35,493 nt of DNA. It comes from a virus. Its lineage: Duplodnaviria; Caudoviricetes. Location of the stretch: positions 1 through 35,493 of the IMG/VR virus record IMGVR_UViG_3300024181_000011, one strand, 5' to 3'. Made by a program: the position numbers and the translations under genes. The notes below the pieces were generated by a model, which was not told the DNA's origin, did no database searches, and saw only the letters and a program-made list of their open reading frames with translations. The first letter of the stretch is position 1. Each line of letters begins with the position of its first letter. Positions 34,626-35,493 of the stretch are shown piece after piece.

Positions 34626-34799
34626 CTACTCCTCTCGACACTCCGGGCAGAAATGTACCCATTCTTGGCCCGCCTTGCGGGCTTGCCAGCCTAGGTCACG
34701 CAGGCGCTGCCGGCTGTCCTCGAAGGTGTCTTCTAGTTCTTCACTCGTTCCGCAATGGTCACATTCGACAAAATAAATTCCTTTGCTCTGCGTAAGCAC
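34626..34799 (-). CDS. Small zinc-ribbon protein
   Basis: CDHC...GW...HFCPEC; GGAGG before GTG 34799. Confidence 0.75.
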   Translation of the reverse strand: MLTQSKGIYFVECDHCGTSEELEDTFEDSRQRLRDLGWQARKAGQEWVHFCPECREE

Positions 34800-34842
34800 G
34801 GGTACCTCCATTGGTGGGCATGTATGAGAAAATGATCGTGGG

Positions 34843-35094
34843 CTACACAGTTATCAAGTGAAACCAGCCGCCATCTGCCCGCTCAAATATCTGGTCTGGC
34901 GGGATAGGGAACTTTAGCTGATCGATGAACAACCCATGCTTATGGCAGGAGGCGTAGAGTGTTGTGTCGTCGATCAAAAGCAAGGCGCCATTGAAGGCAG
35001 CTTTTTCGAGAGCGTACTTAGCCAAAGGGGCTGGCTCGCCAAGGACATAGTTCTGATTTTCCCAGACAAAGAGATAGTCACAGTCGCGGCTCAT
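34843..35094 (-). CDS. Hypothetical protein
   Basis: ATGA-coupled to upstream gene with GAGAGGGG RBS. Confidence 0.65.
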   Translation of the reverse strand: MSRDCDYLFVWENQNYVLGEPAPLAKYALEKAAFNGALLLIDDTTLYASCHKHGLFIDQLKFPIPPDQIFERADGGWFHLITV

Positions 35095-35492
35095 TCGACA
35101 CCTCTCTCGTGGGCCGGCCTAGGCTTCCAAAGGTGCGTCCCCGCTTCGCGCATTAGGAAGTTGCTTCGCTCGGCGATTTCAAGCACTTTCATCACCTTCT
35201 CGCTAGGTATCCGGCTCTGAAGAAAATGAACGAGATGTGATTCGTCCATTGCGCGCTGGGTCTTGGCATAGGCCTTCCAGCAGAACTGATGCAACTCTTG
35301 AATGACTTGCGTGTCGCTGCGTTGAGTCATCTCGCGGAAAATGTCAGGCATCTGGTGTTCGGCCTTGAGCAGCCACTCGCGCGCCCTGTCAAAGTCATCA
35401 AGCTGGATAACCAAATCGTCGGCCCTTGCTATACTTGCCACCATAGCCAGCTTGAGTGTCGTCACCCAGCGGCGAGGCAAGTAATGTGTTAG
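35091..35492 (-). CDS. C-terminal part of a probable replication protein (DUF3987/helicase-like), truncated by window edge
   Basis: Frame open to the edge; Y..RR....LKLAM..S.A......I...D...A..WL lid-like motif followed by winged-helix-like end. Confidence 0.55.
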   Translation of the reverse strand, partial: LTHYLPRRWVTTLKLAMVASIARADDLVIQLDDFDRAREWLLKAEHQMPDIFREMTQRSDTQVIQELHQFCWKAYAKTQRAMDESHLVHFLQSRIPSEKVMKVLEIAERSNFLMREAGTHLWKPRPAHERGVE

Positions 35493-35493
35493 C

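Noticed and set aside
1-35493. tRNA, integrase/att site or host flanking genes
   Set aside because: None recognised; lifestyle (temperate versus lytic) cannot be determined from this window

Overview
The window is most of a GC-rich, short-tailed (P22-like podovirus architecture) bacteriophage or prophage. The host is probably a proteobacterium, possibly alphaproteobacterial (inference from the SleB-type endolysin and DUF3309-like gene). Left end: a non-coding region with ACCCT repeats, two leftward early genes and a divergent promoter region. A long rightward late region follows: HNH endonuclease, HTH protein (possible TerS), PD-(D/E)XK nuclease, tail fibre, exported fibre-like proteins, a lysis cassette containing an Acb2/Tad1-like anti-defence sponge, an O-antigen ligase/O-oligosaccharyltransferase-like membrane protein with a TPR-like partner, TerL, portal, an ART-PolyVal-like protein, scaffold, HNH-AP2, major capsid, adaptor, tail hub, fibre, a sulfotransferase-like protein and three ejection proteins. 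The right end carries leftward genes including a truncated replication-type gene. No integrase, tRNA, CRISPR array or reverse transcriptase was seen. All family calls are from motif recognition, not database searches. Top candidates for novel biology: (1) fibre-like proteins with Sec signal peptides and even cysteine counts next to a phage-encoded periplasmic glycosyltransferase, suggesting periplasmic maturation/glycosylation of receptor-binding proteins; (2) a ~30-aa module shared by the portal and ART C-termini plus repeated PVD(H/Y)DPF peptides, suggesting a cargo-loading system; (3) an ELxPxDF peptide tag shared by five unrelated proteins with synonymous codon divergence.
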